From the NCBI GenBank assembly GCA_041288095.1, contig JBGGMJ010000175.1:1-63863 (forward strand): a stretch of DNA of 63,863 nt. Direction: 5' to 3'. Position 1 is the stretch's first letter. The number at the start of each line of letters is the position of its first letter. This document shows positions 52,663-62,141 of the stretch, piece after piece. The stretch comes from Myxococcota bacterium (GTDB taxonomy: Bacteria > Myxococcota > XYA12-FULL-58-9 > JALHOP01). A program made the translations under genes and the position numbers. Under the pieces are notes generated by a model. It was not told the DNA's origin, did no database searches, and saw only the letters and a list, made by a program, of their open reading frames with translations.

Positions 52663-55600
52663 TCAGTCGCGATCCGGCGCCGACAGCCCGAGCTTATGCA
52701 TCTTCTTATATAGGCCGGCGCGGGTAAGTCCCAAGGCGCGGGCGGCGGCCGCGACACGCCCACCGTGCTCGGCGAGGGTCGCACGGATGACGTCCCGCTC
52801 GTGGCGATCGATGCTCCGCTTCAAGGTCCCGTCGGCCGGCTCCTCGCCCGGGTCGGCGGTGGCGCGCCCCGCGACCTTGCTCGAGAGCACGTCCGGCTCG
52901 ATGACGCCGTCGGCGAGCGCGATGGCGCGTTGCAGCTCGTTGTCGAGCTCGCGGACGTTACCCGGCCACGCATAGTCGAGGAGCAGCGCCAGGGCCCGCT
53001 TCGATAGCCGCACGTCGACGCCTCGAGCGTGGCTCGTAAGCAAATGGTCGATGAGCAACGGCAGATCGTCGCGGCGCTCGCGCAACGGTGGCAGGTGCAT
53101 CTCGACGACATTGAGTCGGTACCAGAGGTCCTCGCGGAATGCGCCTTTGCGGACGAGCTCCTCGAGGTTGCGGTTGGTCGCCGAGACGACCCGGGCGTCG
53201 CTCGCGAGGTCGACGGTGCCGCCAACGCGTCTGAACTCGCGCGTCTGCAGGACGCGCAGCAGCTTCACCTGCATGCCGAGGGGCATGTCGCCGATCTCGT
53301 CGAGGAAGAGGGTACCGCCGCGCGCGATCTCGAAGAGACCGGGCTTGGCGCGGACGGCGCCGGTGAAGGCACCGCGCTCGTGTCCGAAGAGCTCGCTCTC
53401 GAGCAGCGCTTCCGGGATGGCGCCGCAGTTCAGCGGCACGAATGGACCGCGCCGGGAGCTCGCGGCGTGTAGCGCGCGTGCGATCAGCTCCTTGCCGGTG
53501 CCCGACTCGCCCGAGATCGTCACCGGCACGTCTTTGTCCGCGACGCGGTCGATGACGCGGAACAGGTCGCGCATCGCCGGGGTTCGGCCGATCATGCCGT
53601 GCTTGCCGGCCGGCTCGTCGACGTCGTGCGGTTTGACCGCCGCGAGCTCGGCTTCGCGGGCAGCGAGCTCGCGTTCGAGCCGCTGGTTGAGCTCGTCGAT
53701 GGCGGCGCGCGAGCCTTCCAGCTCCGCCGCCCGGCGCGTGAGCTCGGCGAGGAGCCGCGCGTTGGCGATGGCGATGGCCGCTTGGTCGCCGAAGGCGGCG
53801 AGCAGGGCAACGTCCGTTTCGGTGAAGGCGCTCGCACGGTAGCGGTGGTCGAGATAGACGGCGCCCAACGTCGAGCTGCCTGCCCGCAATGGCAGACAGA
53901 GGACGCTTCGCAGCTTGAGCGAGTGAACCGATTGGTAGTCGCGGAAGCGTTGGTCTTGCTGGGCGTCGATCGCGGACAGTGGGGCGTTGCTGTCGATCAC
54001 CTGCCGGGCAATGGAGCGGCTGATCTGGAGCTCGTCAGGCGGCAAGTGGCGGGCGTCCAAGGCGCGAGCCGTGCGCACCTCGAGCTCCGCTCCGGGCTCG
54101 CCGGAGGCAAGCAAGAGAAAGCCTCGCTCGGCCCCAGACAAGGCGATGGCCGCGTCGATGATGCGCTCGAGGAGTCGCTCGGGATCATGGTCACGGGCCA
54201 GCTCGCGGTTGATTGCGAGGAGTCGTTCGACGTCGCGATTCATGACCGTGTTGTCGTCCTGCCGCGGCGGCCCGCCCAAGAGCGCGAGTAGATCGCCGCG
54301 CCACCAGCTCGCACTGTACGCCTTCTCGTAGTGCGCGGGCAGAGCCGCGCGCACGGCGGCGAGATGGCGCCGTGCCGTGGTGAAATGCTCTTGCGCGCGC
54401 ACCGTGTGGCCGAGGGACTGCTCGGCGCGCCCTTCGATTGCCAAGGCCATCCAGGCGAGATCGGGATCGCCACAGCGCTCGGCGAGCTCGCGCCGGCGCT
54501 CGTCGGGAATGGGCGCCATCGCGACGATACCGCCGACGATACGAGCTCGCAGCTCGAGTCGTTGGCGTTGCGAGGAGCGAGCCTCCTCGGCGGCGCCCGC
54601 CGCGCTTGCCGCCGCCGCGTCGCGTTCGCCGCGCTTACCGAGGAGCAACGCCTGGACGATTGCCGCTTCGGCGCTACCGGCGCGGTCTCCGGTCGCGGTG
54701 AAGGCGGTGCGGGCCTCCTCGAGCTCCGTGCTTGCGTCCGCGAACGCGTTGTCATCGATCGCGAGCTCGGCGGCGATGAGTCGCAGGTAGGCACGCTCGA
54801 CCGCGAGGCTCGTTCGGTCACTGGCGGCGATTGCTTCGCGCAGCACGAGACGGGCCTCGCCGCTCACTCCGAGCCAGGCAAGTAGATTCGCGCGGTTCAA
54901 GAGGGCACGCGCCCCCGCGCGGTCGTTGGCGGTAAGCCGCGCAAGCTCGGCGGCTTCGGCGTAGCTCGCGAGCGCTTGGCCGAAGTTGCCGCTCTCCTGG
55001 CGCAAGATGGCGAGGTTGGTGACGCGTAGCAGCTTGCGCGGCAAGTCGCGTCGCGCCTCGAGATCCGTGATGCACTGAGCGTAGCTTTCCTCGGCGGCGC
55101 GCAGCTCGCCGGATTTGTGCAGGACCAGGGCCAAGTTCGCGCGGCTCGCTTCGGCGGAGCGGGCGTCCGCGGCGTCGCCGACGGCTTGTTGCAAGAGCGC
55201 GCGGGCCCGGGCCGCGTCGCCCAGGTAGAAGTGGCAGACGCCGGCGACGTTGAGGAGATCGGACCGCCGCGGGTGCCGCGGTGTGTTGGCGAGTAGCTCT
55301 TCGCTCGCGCCGCGGGCTTCGGCGTAGCGACCCGCGAGCATCAAGGCGCGCGCCCGCAGCGCTTCGATGCGTGGCGCCTGCTCACCAGGTTGCGCGGGCG
55401 TCGCGAGGAGCTGGGCGGCGTCGGCGTAACGGCCGAGGCTCACCAGCGCGTCGGCCTCGAGCAGGCGCCGCTCGAGATGGCCGTCGGCTTGCTGCAGGTG
55501 CTCGAGCGCTTCGCTGGGCCGGCCGAGGCTCGAGAGGGTCCTGGCGGCGGCGACCGCCAAAGCGGACGATGGCGCCGCTTCGAGCACCGCCTCGTAAGCC

Positions 55601-57417
55601 GCGAGCGCCCGCGCCGGATGCCCATCACGTTCGGCGCGCAGACCGCCGGCGAGCACGAGCTCTTCGGCGCGACCGGTATCGCCTCGGCGCAGAGCGAGCA
55701 GAGCCAGCTCGATGGGGTAGTGTGCTTCGTCGAGGGCCGTCTCGAGCTTCTTGGCGAGGTCGAGAGGGAGATCCGCGAGCACGCCGCGACGCGTGCCTTC
55801 GAGGACCGTGGCGCCGTCGGCGACGCGCGGCACCGCGAGCCCGCGATCGATGAGCCCCTCGAGCAAGCCCGGCGGGATTTGCTTTTGCAGCAGCGCCAGT
55901 GGGGCGCCGCGTCCAAATAAGCCCACGGCGGCGAGCAGCCCTCGTCGTTGCGGGTCCGCCTCGACGCCGGCCGGCGCTTGCAGGCCGCCGCGCGTCGCGG
56001 CTTCGAGGAGACGAGGGCCTGGATACGCCGCGAGCAATGCCATCGCGGTCGCTGGATGACCGGCGCTTGCCGTGTGCACCGCGGCAGCGGCCTCGACGTC
56101 GACGACCCGCAGCGGCCGAGCCACGCGCACGAGCTCGCGCACCGCCTCAGCGGACAAAGGCCCGAGCGGCTCACCAGCGTCACCGGCTTCCAACCAAAGG
56201 AGCGGTGCTTCACCGAAGCGCTCGAGGAAATCACCCAGCTCGTGCAGCGGCGAGCCGGCGGGCACGTCGTCGAACAACAGCGCGACCGGGGCGTCACCGC
56301 GGCTCATGGCTTCGGCGATGGCGGTGAAGCGCGCATAACGCGCGGCGGCGGCATCGTCGTCGTGGGTGGTGATGCTGACGGACAGACCGAGCTCGCGCAG
56401 CGCGGTGAGGACCCCGTCCAGATCGCCCGAGGCACCACCGTGCACGCCGCCGGCGACGCGGTATCCCGCCTCGAGCGCGGCGGCCGCGCATGCCTTGAGG
56501 AGGGTGGTCTTGCCGCTGCCCTTGGCGCCGCCGATGACGTGCCGAACCACACGCTTCGTTGGGGCCTGGACCAAGCTCGCGATCTCGCGGCCGCGGCCCA
56601 CGGCGCGCTCGAGCACCGGTGCGGCGTCGCGCAAGCTTTGCAGGGCGCTGATCGTCGCGTCCCCGGCGACCCGCGCGAGCAGCTCGGCGGCCGTGGCTGC
56701 ATCGGCGCGCCGCTGCTCCTCGGGATGACTCATCGCCGCGAGCGCCTCGCGCAGTGGCCCGTCGACGGCGACTGCTTCACCAGGTGCGCGTCGTGTCCGC
56801 GGCGCCAGCATGTCCGCGAGTGTCGCGGCTAGCGCATAGACATCGGAGGCAGGGGAGGGCTTGCCGGCCATCGCCTCGGGCGCCATGACGCGCAGGGTGC
56901 CCGCGACCGTTTGGCCAACGCCGCGATCCGCGAGCCCGAAGTCGATGAGCTTGCAGTCTTGTTCGGAGGCGACCCGCAGGTTCGGCGGGCTCACGTCACC
57001 GTGCCGGACGCCGAGCGCATGCAACGCCGCGAGCCCAGCCGCGATGCGCGCCCCCACGCCGGCGACTTGCGCCGGCGTCCGTCCCTTGGCCCAGTCGAGC
57101 GCGTTCGCGAAAGCGTACACCTCGAGCACCAGCGCGAGTGACGTCACTTCCGGCGCAGGGTCCGTGAGCTCGACGCTGCCCAGCACGCGCATGAGGTGCG
57201 GATGACTGAGGCCGTCCACCAGCGCCAGCTCGTGCGCCAGGCGCTGCCGGGCATGGGGCACGTCGGCGCGCCCCAGCTTGAGAGCGACCGGGCGATTCGA
57301 AAGCCAAGTGTCCTCGGCCTCCATCACGATCGCCATACCGCCGCGACCAAGCTCACGCCTGACGCGATAGCGGCCAGCGACCAGGGTCAGGCTCACACGC
57401 ACCTCGTGGCGCAACAT
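52663..57417 (-). CDS. Ser/Thr kinase-P-loop-TPR-GAF-sigma54 activator-Fis HTH fusion
   Basis: LGRGGM, VALK, HGDVSPPN, DFG, APE; GAKGSGKTT; TPR-like helices; GESGTGKE, GAFTGA, WPGNVREL; AARALGLTR. Confidence 0.93.
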   Translation of the reverse strand: MLRHEVRVSLTLVAGRYRVRRELGRGGMAIVMEAEDTWLSNRPVALKLGRADVPHARQRLAHELALVDGLSHPHLMRVLGSVELTDPAPEVTSLALVLEVYAFANALDWAKGRTPAQVAGVGARIAAGLAALHALGVRHGDVSPPNLRVASEQDCKLIDFGLADRGVGQTVAGTLRVMAPEAMAGKPSPASDVYALAATLADMLAPRTRRAPGEAVAVDGPLREALAAMSHPEEQRRADAATAAELLARVAGDATISALQSLRDAAPVLERAVGRGREIASLVQAPTKRVVRHVIGGAKGSGKTTLLKACAAAALEAGYRVAGGVHGGASGDLDGVLTALRELGLSVSITTHDDDAAAARYARFTAIAEAMSRGDAPVALLFDDVPAGSPLHELGDFLERFGEAPLLWLEAGDAGEPLGPLSAEAVRELVRVARPLRVVDVEAAAAVHTASAGHPATAMALLAAYPGPRLLEAATRGGLQAPAGVEADPQRRGLLAAVGLFGRGAPLALLQKQIPPGLLEGLIDRGLAVPRVADGATVLEGTRRGVLADLPLDLAKKLETALDEAHYPIELALLALRRGDTGRAEELVLAGGLRAERDGHPARALAAYEAVLEAAPSSALAVAAARTLSSLGRPSEALEHLQQADGHLERRLLEADALVSLGRYADAAQLLATPAQPGEQAPRIEALRARALMLAGRYAEARGASEELLANTPRHPRRSDLLNVAGVCHFYLGDAARARALLQQAVGDAADARSAEASRANLALVLHKSGELRAAEESYAQCITDLEARRDLPRKLLRVTNLAILRQESGNFGQALASYAEAAELARLTANDRAGARALLNRANLLAWLGVSGEARLVLREAIAASDRTSLAVERAYLRLIAAELAIDDNAFADASTELEEARTAFTATGDRAGSAEAAIVQALLLGKRGERDAAAASAAGAAEEARSSQRQRLELRARIVGGIVAMAPIPDERRRELAERCGDPDLAWMALAIEGRAEQSLGHTVRAQEHFTTARRHLAAVRAALPAHYEKAYSASWWRGDLLALLGGPPRQDDNTVMNRDVERLLAINRELARDHDPERLLERIIDAAIALSGAERGFLLLASGEPGAELEVRTARALDARHLPPDELQISRSIARQVIDSNAPLSAIDAQQDQRFRDYQSVHSLKLRSVLCLPLRAGSSTLGAVYLDHRYRASAFTETDVALLAAFGDQAAIAIANARLLAELTRRAAELEGSRAAIDELNQRLERELAAREAELAAVKPHDVDEPAGKHGMIGRTPAMRDLFRVIDRVADKDVPVTISGESGTGKELIARALHAASSRRGPFVPLNCGAIPEALLESELFGHERGAFTGAVRAKPGLFEIARGGTLFLDEIGDMPLGMQVKLLRVLQTREFRRVGGTVDLASDARVVSATNRNLEELVRKGAFREDLWYRLNVVEMHLPPLRERRDDLPLLIDHLLTSHARGVDVRLSKRALALLLDYAWPGNVRELDNELQRAIALADGVIEPDVLSSKVAGRATADPGEEPADGTLKRSIDRHERDVIRATLAEHGGRVAAAARALGLTRAGLYKKMHKLGLSAPDRD

Positions 57418-57424
57418 GCAGCGC

Positions 57425-57453
57425 TTGACAGCTTGTACACCATACCGTAGACG
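57425..57453 (+). promoter_or_regulatory. Sigma70 promoter of tRNA
   Basis: TTGACA-N17-TAGACG followed by GC-rich discriminator. Confidence 0.7.
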
Positions 57454-57464
57454 CTGCGCCCTCC

Positions 57465-57538
57465 GGCGATGTAGCTCAGTTGGTTAGAGCACGCGGCTCA
57501 TAACCGCGGTGTCGGTGGTTCGACTCCACTCATCGCCA
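57465..57538 (+). tRNA. tRNA-Met(CAT), elongator type (Ile2 not excluded); CCA not encoded
   Basis: Acceptor GGCGATG/CATCGCC, D-arm TAGCTCAGTTGGTTAGAGC, anticodon arm CGCGG-CTCATAA-CCGCG, T-loop GTTCGA. Confidence 0.95.
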
Positions 57539-57806
57539 TACCTTTTTTATCGCCCCCTTGCGGGGGCTAAAGGTCGAGTTCGACAAAGGCAATGTCGAAC
57601 CCGACGCCAGGATCGGCGTCCCTCCGAAGAGGTCGCGTTGCGGCGTGTCGGGGCGGTTACGGTCGGGGGGTGGGCGGGCTCTCCCGTCTTGAACCGGGGC
57701 GTTGTCGCCCCGACCTCCACTTGCTATCCCTCTTTTTTACGTTTCGCTGACGTTCGGTCAGCGTGCTACATTCCCCCGGTAGTTTCTTACGCTTGGGAGC
57801 GCACTT

Positions 57807-58424
57807 ATGAGCTCGGCTGCACCGGCGGTCGGATCGAATGAACCAGCCAACGATCCAGGGATGGAGCGCCGTCGTCGGCGTCTGGTTCCGATTGTCGACG
57901 CGCGTTTCCAGTGGAAGTACACGCTGCTGATCGCCGCGCTCGGCGTTGGCGTCACGGCCATCATGGGCGGCTTCCTCTACCGCGCCCACGTGACCAACAC
58001 GCGCGTCCTCGAGCTCGCGAACGAAGAGCTCCGCTTGCAGGTCGCCCGCAACGACCAGCTCTTCCTGCTCTACCTGGTCCTCCTCGTGGTCGGCATGGCC
58101 TTCGTGCTCTCCATCTGGGGCATCATCGTCACCCACCGCATCAGCGGCCCGCTCTACCTTGTGGCCCGCTACCTCGGCATCCTCGGCGGCGGCCAGTACC
58201 CCGACATGCGCCCCCTCCGTAAGCGCGACGAGCTCCAGGAGTTCTTCACCACCTTCGAAGAAGCGGTGAACCAACTCCGCAACCGCGACCAATCCAACCT
58301 CTCAGCCCTAGAGGCAGCCCTGACCGCCGCCACCGCCGCCCCTGACAAGGCCGCCGCCGCCCAAATCCTCACTGACGTCATCACCAAACAACGCGACGCC
58401 CTCTCCAAAATCCTGAAGGCGTAA
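57807..58424 (+). CDS. Two-TM membrane protein with HAMP-like segment
   Basis: RRR....D.RFQWKY, THRISGPLY, LRKRDELQE; alternative start 57861. Confidence 0.82.
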   Translation: MSSAAPAVGSNEPANDPGMERRRRRLVPIVDARFQWKYTLLIAALGVGVTAIMGGFLYRAHVTNTRVLELANEELRLQVARNDQLFLLYLVLLVVGMAFVLSIWGIIVTHRISGPLYLVARYLGILGGGQYPDMRPLRKRDELQEFFTTFEEAVNQLRNRDQSNLSALEAALTAATAAPDKAAAAQILTDVITKQRDALSKILKA

Positions 58425-58590
58425 CCGCCAGCTAATTGAAATAGCCCGCCGTAACGGCACCGGAACCCGGCAGCACCCGCCCCCCGCAGGCGGCTCAGCT
58501 GTCAGTGTTGCCCGCGCCCGCCGAGGACAGGGCGGGGGATGACGGGTGAGGAGCGCAAGTGCAGGTGGGCGGTGTCACACTCTGACGCAG

Positions 58591-59460
58591 CTAGAAATCC
58601 GCGTTGTTGTACTCGCCCTTAACTTTGTCTTCGACCGCTTCGTTCAAACTGATGAGGTCGTAGTCACCCTTCGGTGCACCCGGCTCACTAGGGTCGACCG
58701 CCACGCGCTTATACGCAAAGCGCATATCCGCCCATCGGCCGGTCTCACCCCTACGCATCAACAAGCGATCGCCACGAAACCGATACTCGCCCGCGAGCCG
58801 TTCCTTCTTGTTGTCGATGATCCCCTCGTAGTGCCACTCCCAGGTCCCATCGAGCGAGAACAAGATGTACTTCTCCGGCGCGCCAAACGGCTCGCCCGCC
58901 CATCGACCAAGAACCTTCTCGCGCATCGGATCGAAGCGCAGCTTCGCCGGCTCGATCTTCCCGCCGAAGAGCATATTGCGCTCGTAGAGCAGGACGTCCG
59001 CGATGCAAGCGGTCTCCGAGCCCAGAGTCGACGACTTGTTGGGGCCGCCGACGCGCTGGATGGTCAGCGTGATGGTCGTGCCGATGAGCGGCTTCGAGAG
59101 CATCTGGTCGGTCGTCGCATCACCGAGCACGACCTTCACGTTGTTGGTCTCGTCGCTCAGGCGGATTTCCTGCACCAAGCGGCCCGTCGTGACCGCCGGA
59201 GTAATGACGATGCGATCGATGCGGGTGCGGCCCTTGAAGTAGAAGCGGACCTCTTCCTTCTCGCCCATGCCGGCCGCGTCCTCGCACCAGACAGTGGCGG
59301 GGTCCTCATCCAAGAGATTGAGCGGGTGGAACTGTGACGGCGCCTGCGCGCGGTCTTTCTGGGACGACGTGCGGACGTACGCGAGCGGATCCGCGGCGGC
59401 GGGGCCGGCGGCCAGGATCACGAGGGCAGCTGTCAGCATCCCGGTGACTCGAGATGACAT
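58591..59460 (-). CDS. Secreted protein with discoidin-like (galactose-binding fold) N-domain
   Basis: Signal peptide; SS....FHPLNLLDEDPATVWCED..G.GE. Confidence 0.72.
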   Translation of the reverse strand: MSSRVTGMLTAALVILAAGPAAADPLAYVRTSSQKDRAQAPSQFHPLNLLDEDPATVWCEDAAGMGEKEEVRFYFKGRTRIDRIVITPAVTTGRLVQEIRLSDETNNVKVVLGDATTDQMLSKPLIGTTITLTIQRVGGPNKSSTLGSETACIADVLLYERNMLFGGKIEPAKLRFDPMREKVLGRWAGEPFGAPEKYILFSLDGTWEWHYEGIIDNKKERLAGEYRFRGDRLLMRRGETGRWADMRFAYKRVAVDPSEPGAPKGDYDLISLNEAVEDKVKGEYNNADF

Positions 59461-59516
59461 AGCCCTACATGTACCAGGTGAACGCGAGTGCAAGCCAGAA
59501 TGTGGAAACACGAACC

Positions 59517-60869
59517 CTACTTACGTTTTCGAGGTGGCAACCGGCGTGGGATGATTTCGGTGTTCTCCGAGCGAATCTCGACGTTGCGGTGACGAGGCTG
59601 GGTGCTCTCCTCGGGGAAGTCCGCGTCGAAGTCGTCGACCTCCGCCTCGCGCAGGATATCGGAGCGCTTGCGCAGGAAGGTGTTGTCGCGGCCCTGGCCG
59701 ACCTTGACCTCGACGTCGGCCGCGAAGCGAGCGATGAGCGCGTCGATCTCGCGGACGCGCTTGTAGCGCTGGTCGTCGGCGGTCGTCGGGTCATTGGTGA
59801 GACGCTCGACCACGGTGCCCGGAAACGTGTCGGGCATGGGCGTAACCTCGACCATGCCTGGCGAGGTCGATTCGATGCCGGCGCCGCCGGGTGAGGTCGG
59901 GTCGAGGCCGCCATCACCCATACCCGGCGACGTATCGTGTTCCGGAGCGCCGAAAGACGGTGCGGGCTCGCGGCCGCCGGGCGCGGTGATCTCGTGCGCC
60001 GTGTTCGGCGGCCCACTCGGCACGGTGTCCAGGTCCTTCATGATCTGACCGCGCGTGAAGCGCCGCGTATCGGGACCGAACGGCGCGGTGTCTTGCGTCT
60101 GCGTCGTCATCGACTTGAACGAGCCGTAGTTCGCCGGCCGGTTCGTGACCATGCGATGCGCGCCGGGCTGGGCCTTCGGCCGCTGGAAGGTGACACGCTG
60201 CACCTGGGGGACCACGATCGGCGTATCGTCGCTCGGGGCTCTCGCCGGTCCGGCCGACGCGGGCAGCGCATCGTCCTTGATGACGATGGCGGGTCCGACT
60301 GCGGCCAACGTCGTCGCCAGGTTCGCGGGTGCCACCGGCGGCGGCTCGCGGCGTATCTTGCCCGGGATCGGGGCGCGGCGGCGCACGACCTGCGTGACCT
60401 CTGTCCGCGATGGCGGAAGGCCCTTCACGGTCATGGTCGCGGTATTCTCGGAGCGGCTGTCGTCGTCGGGCTCGCGAATGGTGCTGGTGCCGCTCGCCGA
60501 GGCGCTGATGCTGCTCGAGACGCGAGCCACCATGCCGGCGACGCTGCCGTCGGGGACGGTCGAAGGATTCGCGCGGTTGCGGCTGAATGCCTCGGGCGAG
60601 GCAAACTTCGCCTTCGCCATGTTCGAGCTGTAGGCGTCTTCGGGGTTGGTGCTGGCGCGCCTTTTGGCGTCAGGGATGCCCGGCCCCGACAGCTTCGACG
60701 ACGACACCACGGGTGTGCCGGTATCCTCGGAGTGGGCGCGGCGGCTCGCTTCGAGGATCTCTTCGAGCTCCGCGGCCTGGTCGCGAGCTTGGCGTTCTTG
60801 TCGGTCGCGCTGCTCTTGGAGCTCGCGGATCTTGTCGTACTTGTCTTTCATCTCACCCGAGCGCGACAT
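59517..60869 (-). CDS. Hypothetical largely disordered Pro/Thr/Ser-rich protein
   Basis: N-terminal coiled coil, low-complexity middle with TSPG/TAPG/TFPG repeats, helical C-terminus; start uncertain. Confidence 0.7.
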   Translation of the reverse strand: MSRSGEMKDKYDKIRELQEQRDRQERQARDQAAELEEILEASRRAHSEDTGTPVVSSSKLSGPGIPDAKRRASTNPEDAYSSNMAKAKFASPEAFSRNRANPSTVPDGSVAGMVARVSSSISASASGTSTIREPDDDSRSENTATMTVKGLPPSRTEVTQVVRRRAPIPGKIRREPPPVAPANLATTLAAVGPAIVIKDDALPASAGPARAPSDDTPIVVPQVQRVTFQRPKAQPGAHRMVTNRPANYGSFKSMTTQTQDTAPFGPDTRRFTRGQIMKDLDTVPSGPPNTAHEITAPGGREPAPSFGAPEHDTSPGMGDGGLDPTSPGGAGIESTSPGMVEVTPMPDTFPGTVVERLTNDPTTADDQRYKRVREIDALIARFAADVEVKVGQGRDNTFLRKRSDILREAEVDDFDADFPEESTQPRHRNVEIRSENTEIIPRRLPPRKRK

Positions 60870-60941
60870 GATCCGACCCCGACGACAGAATGTAACACGC
60901 GCCTGCCCCAAAGTCGCAAGGCGTGATAGCTTGCCGCGCAA

Positions 60942-62141
60942 ATGTCAAAAGCGTGTGTTCTTGCCCTCTTAGGCTGTTTCTGGGGCATTTCGGCTCGAGC
61001 CGCGGAAACCATCGAGGCGCGGGGCGAGGCGACGATCCTGGGAAGCGACACGGTCAGCGCCAAGAAGAGCGCGGTCGCCGACGCTCTACGGCACGCCGTC
61101 GAGCAGGCAGTCGGCTTCCAGGTGGTCAACAACTTCACCGCCGAGCAGCGCGAGGTCACCAAGAACGACAAGACGTCGTTCGACTCGTCGGTTCGCGACA
61201 ACATCGTCCAGAAGTCGGAGGGTTTCGTCGAGAGCTACGACGTGACCGACGAAAAGCGCGACGGCAACGTCCTGCGCGTCACGGTGCGCGCGAAGATCGT
61301 CGAGTCGAAGTTACGGGCCGAGCTCGACGCCATGACCCGTCTGCTCGCCAAAGCGGGCAACCCGCGCGTCGCTGTCGTGGTCACGGAGAATCACGCGGGC
61401 AAGCCGCACAAGGGCTCGAGCCTGGGCTCGCAGGTGGAGAAGGGCCTCGCCGAGCGCGGCTTCATCGTGCTCGCGCCCGAAATCACCGCGAAGATCATCA
61501 GCAAGGCGAAGGCCGGAGGCAAAGGTGACGTCGCCGACGATGCCGAGAAGCTCGCCGCCGCGGCGCGTGACGCTGGAGCGGACATCGTCGTCGCGGGTCA
61601 CGTCGAGGTCACCGATCTCGGTGTCATCAAGGACGGCGAGTTCGAGTCGCTCAAGGGCCAACACAAGATCGAGATCGACGCGGTGATCCGCGGCATCCAA
61701 GTGGCGACCGCCGAGGTGACGAGCGCGACCCCCATCAAGACCACCTCGTTCGGCATCGACGTCGAGCGCGCCATACAACGCGCTTTCGTCGGTCGCGGCA
61801 TGAACGTCGTGCAGAAGACCCTCGACGAGCTGGTGCCGGGCTTGAAAGCGGCGTTGCATCGGACGGCCGAGCAGGGTCAGCGCTACGTGCTGCGCGTCAC
61901 CAACATCACGAGCTACCGCGCGCAGGGGATGGGGTTGGTCGACGGCTTGAAGGCCGCCGCTGGTGTGAACAACGCCACGCAACGTTCGTTCGAGGGTGGC
62001 GTGCTCGTCGTCGACGTTGCCTGCGGTTGCAGCGGCAGCGACTTGCAAGCGCGCGTCTTCGAGCTCGCGCGACGTGTGAAGGAGCTCTCGAGCATCGATC
62101 TTGTACGCGTCGCCGGATCGCAGCTCGAATTCAAGCTGTGA
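60942..62141 (+). CDS. Secreted FlgT N-terminal-domain / CsgG-like protein
   Basis: Signal peptide; EARGEA....AKKSAVADALRHAVEQAVG, GFVESY.V..E, PRVAV. Confidence 0.7.
   Translation: MSKACVLALLGCFWGISARAAETIEARGEATILGSDTVSAKKSAVADALRHAVEQAVGFQVVNNFTAEQREVTKNDKTSFDSSVRDNIVQKSEGFVESYDVTDEKRDGNVLRVTVRAKIVESKLRAELDAMTRLLAKAGNPRVAVVVTENHAGKPHKGSSLGSQVEKGLAERGFIVLAPEITAKIISKAKAGGKGDVADDAEKLAAAARDAGADIVVAGHVEVTDLGVIKDGEFESLKGQHKIEIDAVIRGIQVATAEVTSATPIKTTSFGIDVERAIQRAFVGRGMNVVQKTLDELVPGLKAALHRTAEQGQRYVLRVTNITSYRAQGMGLVDGLKAAAGVNNATQRSFEGGVLVVDVACGCSGSDLQARVFELARRVKELSSIDLVRVAGSQLEFKL

Noticed and set aside
57575..57717. c-di-GMP-I riboswitch (ACAAAGGCAA..GACGC) or 6S RNA (CTTGAACC)
   Set aside because: Only short motif resemblance; GNRA loop/receptor and 6S end-to-end rod not evident; kept only as an unassigned candidate
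57465..57810. Genomic island integrated at the tRNA
   Set aside because: No integrase nearby and no duplicate of the tRNA 3' end seen in the window
58425..58590. Structured element between convergent genes
   Set aside because: Short GC stems compatible with chance or a terminator region; no second copy found
60942..62141. FlgT-like gene as evidence of a flagellar locus
   Set aside because: This domain is common in non-flagellar envelope proteins and no other flagellar gene is in the window
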